A DNA stretch of 62,777 nucleotides, the filler included, from Circinaria calcarea (lineage: Eukaryota), in assembly GCA_051942165.1 (NCBI GenBank). It is 37 parts of 37 records of this genome, joined end to end, with 100 filler letters (N's around TTAATTAATTAA, not from the genome) between each part and the next. Parts side by side here need not be neighbours in the genome. Positions count along the whole stretch, not along the records: positions 57,812 to 59,400 come from JAVECS010004483.1; positions 59,501 to 61,089 come from JAVECS010004484.1; positions 61,190 to 62,777 come from JAVECS010004485.1; 34 more parts are not named here. The stretch is one strand, 5' to 3'. The notes under the pieces are model-generated. The model was not told where the DNA came from. It did no database searches and was given only the letters and a program-made list of their open reading frames with translations. This document shows, in pieces, positions 58,882 through 62,777 of this stretch (position 1 is the stretch's first letter; the number at the start of each line of letters is the position of its first letter). Both the position numbers and the translations under genes were made by a program.

Positions 58882-59500
58882 AGTGGGTGGTAATTAGGGA
58901 CAATACGATGGGATGGGATATCCATGTGGGAGTGATTCGGATTTATGATTACATGGGTGCCTGGAATCTTGGATTGAGGTATCGCCCGGAAGGAAAATGA
59001 AAAGTTTGATGTGGATATGGATGGATTTTGGTTGGGGGGCCATGGGACGGAATTTCTTTTGTTAGGCTTTGAAAGGACCCGGTGGTTGAAGGGGTGTACA
59101 TACGTATGCTTGGATACCGGGGTACATGAATGGAATTTTACTGTTGCGTGCAGGCTTTCCTTTTTTAGTCTACATGCCTCGAGACGGGTCTGATCCCATG
59201 GAAAACAGAGCATTGCGAGCTCTTTGGAGCGGGTAACTCCGGGATGTGACAAGCTTTTCCGTCACAACGCCCAAATAGCTCGTCAACAGGATACAACTCT
59301 GTCCCTCGTCCAACTTCTGCTTTCCTCCAGCCGCGGTTCATGACCGACATGGACGTAGACCTGTTATCCCTTTTCCCTCCTCCCCCTTATGCTCTTCCAC
59401 NNNNNNNNNNNNNNNNNNNNNNNNNNNNNNNNNNNNNNNNNNNNTTAATTAATTAANNNNNNNNNNNNNNNNNNNNNNNNNNNNNNNNNNNNNNNNNNNN

Positions 59501-60446
59501 GTTATTACACACACAAAAGCGTTGTTTTTCTCTCCATAGAACCATAGACAATTCATACTTTGCATAGCGTGCAATAACCACACGAATTGATCTCACTTCA
59601 ACACCATAAACTGCTCTGAGTGACTCCAAAAGTTCAACATCTAGTATGAACGTGATTGCGTCTTGGAAGGTCTTAGACAGTAATCCATGTGGGATACCGC
59701 GTTTGTGTTGCACGATTGTATCGGTTAATGTTCTCAAGAGGGCGACTTTTCCCCAGCAGTGACTTAGACATGCATATCGAGGTGCGTCCGAGGAATTTAG
59801 GTCAAAAGTTAGGTTCAAACTCCCCAACTCCACGAGGCAAGCATCTTCGCCGCTCTTTCTTGGAAACAGATCTATAAGTCGTTTTGGGAGATATGCTCGG
59901 TCTGGAAGTGTACACTGTTCATGAGTGGTTAGACATTCCGTTAACCAAACTTCCGCCTTATCTCGTGAGCAGATTGACTCTGTGTTTCCAGGGATGTGGG
60001 GAAGGGCTAAAACCATTTCAGCACCAATTCCGTTTCTTATGACGAAGAGCAATGGAATCGGATGGTGTAGAATGATAAGCAAGGGTAAAACCGAGAGACT
60101 TGGAAGGGAAGTAATCACCTCCGAGCGGGTATAATTCCAATGTAAGGCTAACAGGTCCCTTGGTGCCTGGCGCGAATTTGTGGGCGCATACCTCGATATC
60201 ACATACGCTTTGAATATCCATTCTCAAGTCGATTGATAGTTCGTCGAAGCCTGATTCTTCGACCCCATTTCTCCAGCTGATACCAAAATGACACAAAGCC
60301 TGTTGAAGTAGAAGGCATTTTTGACAGCCACTATCCACGGATTTGCGCAGCTGATCATGAGTAATGTCCTTGTTCGCATAGTAGTCTTCCTCCCGCTCCT
60401 TGAGATATTTCATATCTAGGTCTTGACAGACACTGCAGGAAGCCAT
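59501..60446 (-). CDS. HET (heterokaryon incompatibility) domain gene, apparently interrupted within the domain
   Basis: N-terminal CxxC ... SVDSGCQKC.LL, then WLTECLTTHEQC..LPKRLIDL..RYACLSHCWG..LRT..IP..LSKTFQDAI. The expected LGxxYLWIDSLCIIQD does not follow. Confidence 0.85.
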
Positions 60447-62600
60447 GATCTATACGGAGAACTGCAAGTTATACCCCACAGGTATAGAATTGGGAGATTT
60501 AAACCAATCAACGTGAGCGGCCTGAGAAGTGCACTACTACCGTAAAGATGGTGAGCTGAAGAGTCTGCAAGTACTCCTGCTACTATGCAGATCCTCGGCG
60601 TCAGTTGGGGCCTCGCAGCCAATGAACACCCGCAAGCCAACAGGAATTGGAAACGGCTTCGTATTCAGGATATTCTACCGATACTCATAGAAGGTTCATT
60701 CATGCCACCGTATTTATAGGACGAAAGGGGAAAATGAAACGGAGACGGAAAATGACTGCAACGTCCAGTGAGGACGGACATGAAAGTGGTTACCCTTGTT
60801 TCAACGACGTCATACCCTACGGAAGACTCTGGTAGTCGCAGGGGAAATAATTATTAGAGTAACTTTGCCAGTAGCAAGCCCAACATCGTGCGTTATTATT
60901 ATTTAAAAAGCCAGAATATATCGGGGGGCTTTTAACAAGCTATCTTACAATCGAGAACTGGAGTAACAGCTATTTTCCCTGCGACCACAGTACGTTGGAA
61001 AAAAGTGCCCATTGGTGTGCGAAGATACTACAGAAAACAAGCTGTTATAAAAAGCTCATATCAATCTCCTGTTTACGAACTAGGCAAACNNNNNNNNNNN
61101 NNNNNNNNNNNNNNNNNNNNNNNNNNNNNNNNNTTAATTAATTAANNNNNNNNNNNNNNNNNNNNNNNNNNNNNNNNNNNNNNNNNNNNCCTCTTCCCCC
61201 CCCCGAAAAAAGCCGGCGCGTTTTACGAATGAGTCTTGTAATGTAAGAACCTCATCCACTAGAGAACCCTTACGAACCCTATGGTACGGGTGAACTATAC
61301 ACCGAGGTCACGAGGTATTCGCTTAGCGAGAAAGGTTTTCCTCGCGAAGTGTTACACGAGAATTCTTGAGCAGTAATTCATACGCTATGCGAACTATATT
61401 GAGCACATTATCAAACCGTTTACCGACCCTTGTTCGTAAGGTCATTATACTTATTCGTAAAGGATCTTTACATTTAATCTCAAGTCCTTATTGCACGGAT
61501 AAAAAAAAGGTCACCACGCCCCCCTTTTCCGTCCGCAGGGACTTTTCTCGTAGATTAGGATTCACAGTTTTAGAAGGTTTATTCCGTTCATAAAAATGGC
61601 CGGTTTTTGTTTGTTTTTTTGGGAAAGATTTCGTGACGCTTCTCATGTAGGCCCGCTCTCAACTTCTTCCGCGAAGGTAATTCTGGAAATACCAGCGTAG
61701 AAGAGGGTGGAGGCCCCCCCATTACCAGCTCTTGCTTATGCTGTCGGTGGCGAAGTTGGTTAAGGGGAAGCCAGCATTGTCGTGTTGTCGGTGGGCTGTC
61801 TAATAAAGACATCCAATGTCGAGATTTGCTTCTCCCGGTAGGTCAATTACCCCTTTTCAAAAATTTCAAGGCCGAGTTTGATCTGATTAGTTTCCGTCTT
61901 GATTTGAACAAACCTTCCTTCCAATATGACCTTTTTTGCTTCGATTGAGAAGCACATGGCCTGTCCTGGCAACTAGCTTTAGATAGAGACTTTACTTCGA
62001 CTAAGCTACTCTCTCATTGAACATGTTTTAAAATCCTCCGTCAGGCAAGAAGCCCTGTAGCGCTGAATTCTACCTCTCTAGCTATGCCGAATGTACAGCT
62101 GCAAAGTCAGCAGTAACTCTAGCGATGCTGACCTCAGACTCGAGCCCGTCCTCGATACAAAGAAGAATATTTCTAGTTCCCACTGGCGACTTCGGGGTGA
62201 AGAGAAATCCCGAAAAGCTCGCAGCTTGAAACCATAGGCGTGATCTGTATTCAAGCATCTCAAACCATCTGGGTGAGCGTTTCAACATCGCGATCAGTAC
62301 TAGGAAACCTTTAAGTCGAGAGCCAGAGACCGCTGATCTCCTTGTCAAGTGTGAGATAGATAGATATGCAATGAATGTTCAGAGTGCGATATCTCAGACA
62401 ATAACAATTAAGAAAAAGCACTGGCGACCGATTGCTTAAGGACCATGTCAAGTGACTCGAAAATATCACAAGGCCGGTAGAGCTTAATGCAAAACTCCCA
62501 TCACAACAAGAGTTCAACTGCTACTTACATCCGTCAACGCCACGCTCATGCTGATCTGCTATAAATTGGATATCATCGCTTCCTCCAATTCCAATTATCA

Positions 62601-62777
62601 TTATTCCCAATCCTCTTCATCGCTGTCCTCAGCCGCCCCTCCCTTAGAAACCTCTTTCTTCGCATCTTTCTCTTTCTCCTCCTTCGGGCTACCAGGCGCT
62701 TGGCTAGTTGCTCCGCTGATAAGATCGTAGCTTGCATCGCTATCCGGCTGACTGTGCTGATCCTGAGACTTTCGTGG
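62601..62777 (-). CDS. C-terminus of a probable BSD-domain protein (Dos2-like); not in the ORF track
   Basis: PRKSQDQHSQPDSDASYDLISGATSQAPGSPKEEK...EDSDEEDWE* resembles the tail I recall for fungal BSD proteins. Confidence 0.6.
   Translation of the reverse strand, partial: PRKSQDQHSQPDSDASYDLISGATSQAPGSPKEEKEKDAKKEVSKGGAAEDSDEEDWE

Noticed and set aside
9159..60446. NLR relic, WD40-like tail and HET gene as one allorecognition system
   Set aside because: They are on unlinked contigs, and these families are abundant in Pezizomycotina genomes.
1612..61189. Regularly spaced identical TTAATTAATTAA units resembling a CRISPR-like or periodic array
   Set aside because: They sit inside N runs and are assembly linkers. 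All ORFs ending in XXXX-LIN or -N are linker artefacts.
61190..62530. Several 60-90 aa ORFs
   Set aside because: No recognisable domain or consistent exon structure.

Overview
This window is not a contiguous locus. It is a pseudo-scaffold of 37 unrelated short contigs (about 1,611 bp falling to about 1,588 bp, so size-sorted) joined by 36 artificial 100-nt linkers (N44-TTAATTAATTAA-N44, stops in all six frames). Gene order across linkers means nothing. The DNA is eukaryotic, from a filamentous ascomycete (Pezizomycotina), with short GT-AG introns, CTRAC branch points and RIP-like AT-rich relics. Recognisable gene fragments, mostly partial, are RPL14, RPL18, ATG29, an NBR1-like protein, CLP1, POP3, BRF1, ULA1, ORT1, a cytosolic-type TrpRS, a delta-12 desaturase, an acyl-CoA synthetase, a P450 tail, a dienelactone hydrolase, GH43 and GH17+But2 enzymes, sugar and amino-acid transporters, a PTH11-like membrane protein, a CAP protein and a HET protein. 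Several features were missed or split by the ORF track: a spliced SRA-YDG-domain gene, a frameshifted NLR N-terminal-domain pseudogene, a JmjC relic, a stop-riddled hAT transposase, two related MITEs upstream of an effector-like secreted protein, a long-arm foldback element, a tRNA-like unit between diverged direct repeats, a dispersed repeat shared by two contigs, a 12-Cys secreted protein and a 10-nt micro-exon. I found no multi-gene novel system, and none could be shown on 1.6-kb fragments. The best leads are the divergent TrpRS, the SRA-YDG protein, the PD-(D/E)xK-like ORF, the small cysteine-rich proteins and a recurring C-rich to G-rich switch near gene 3' ends. All family assignments come from motif recognition by eye, not database searches.
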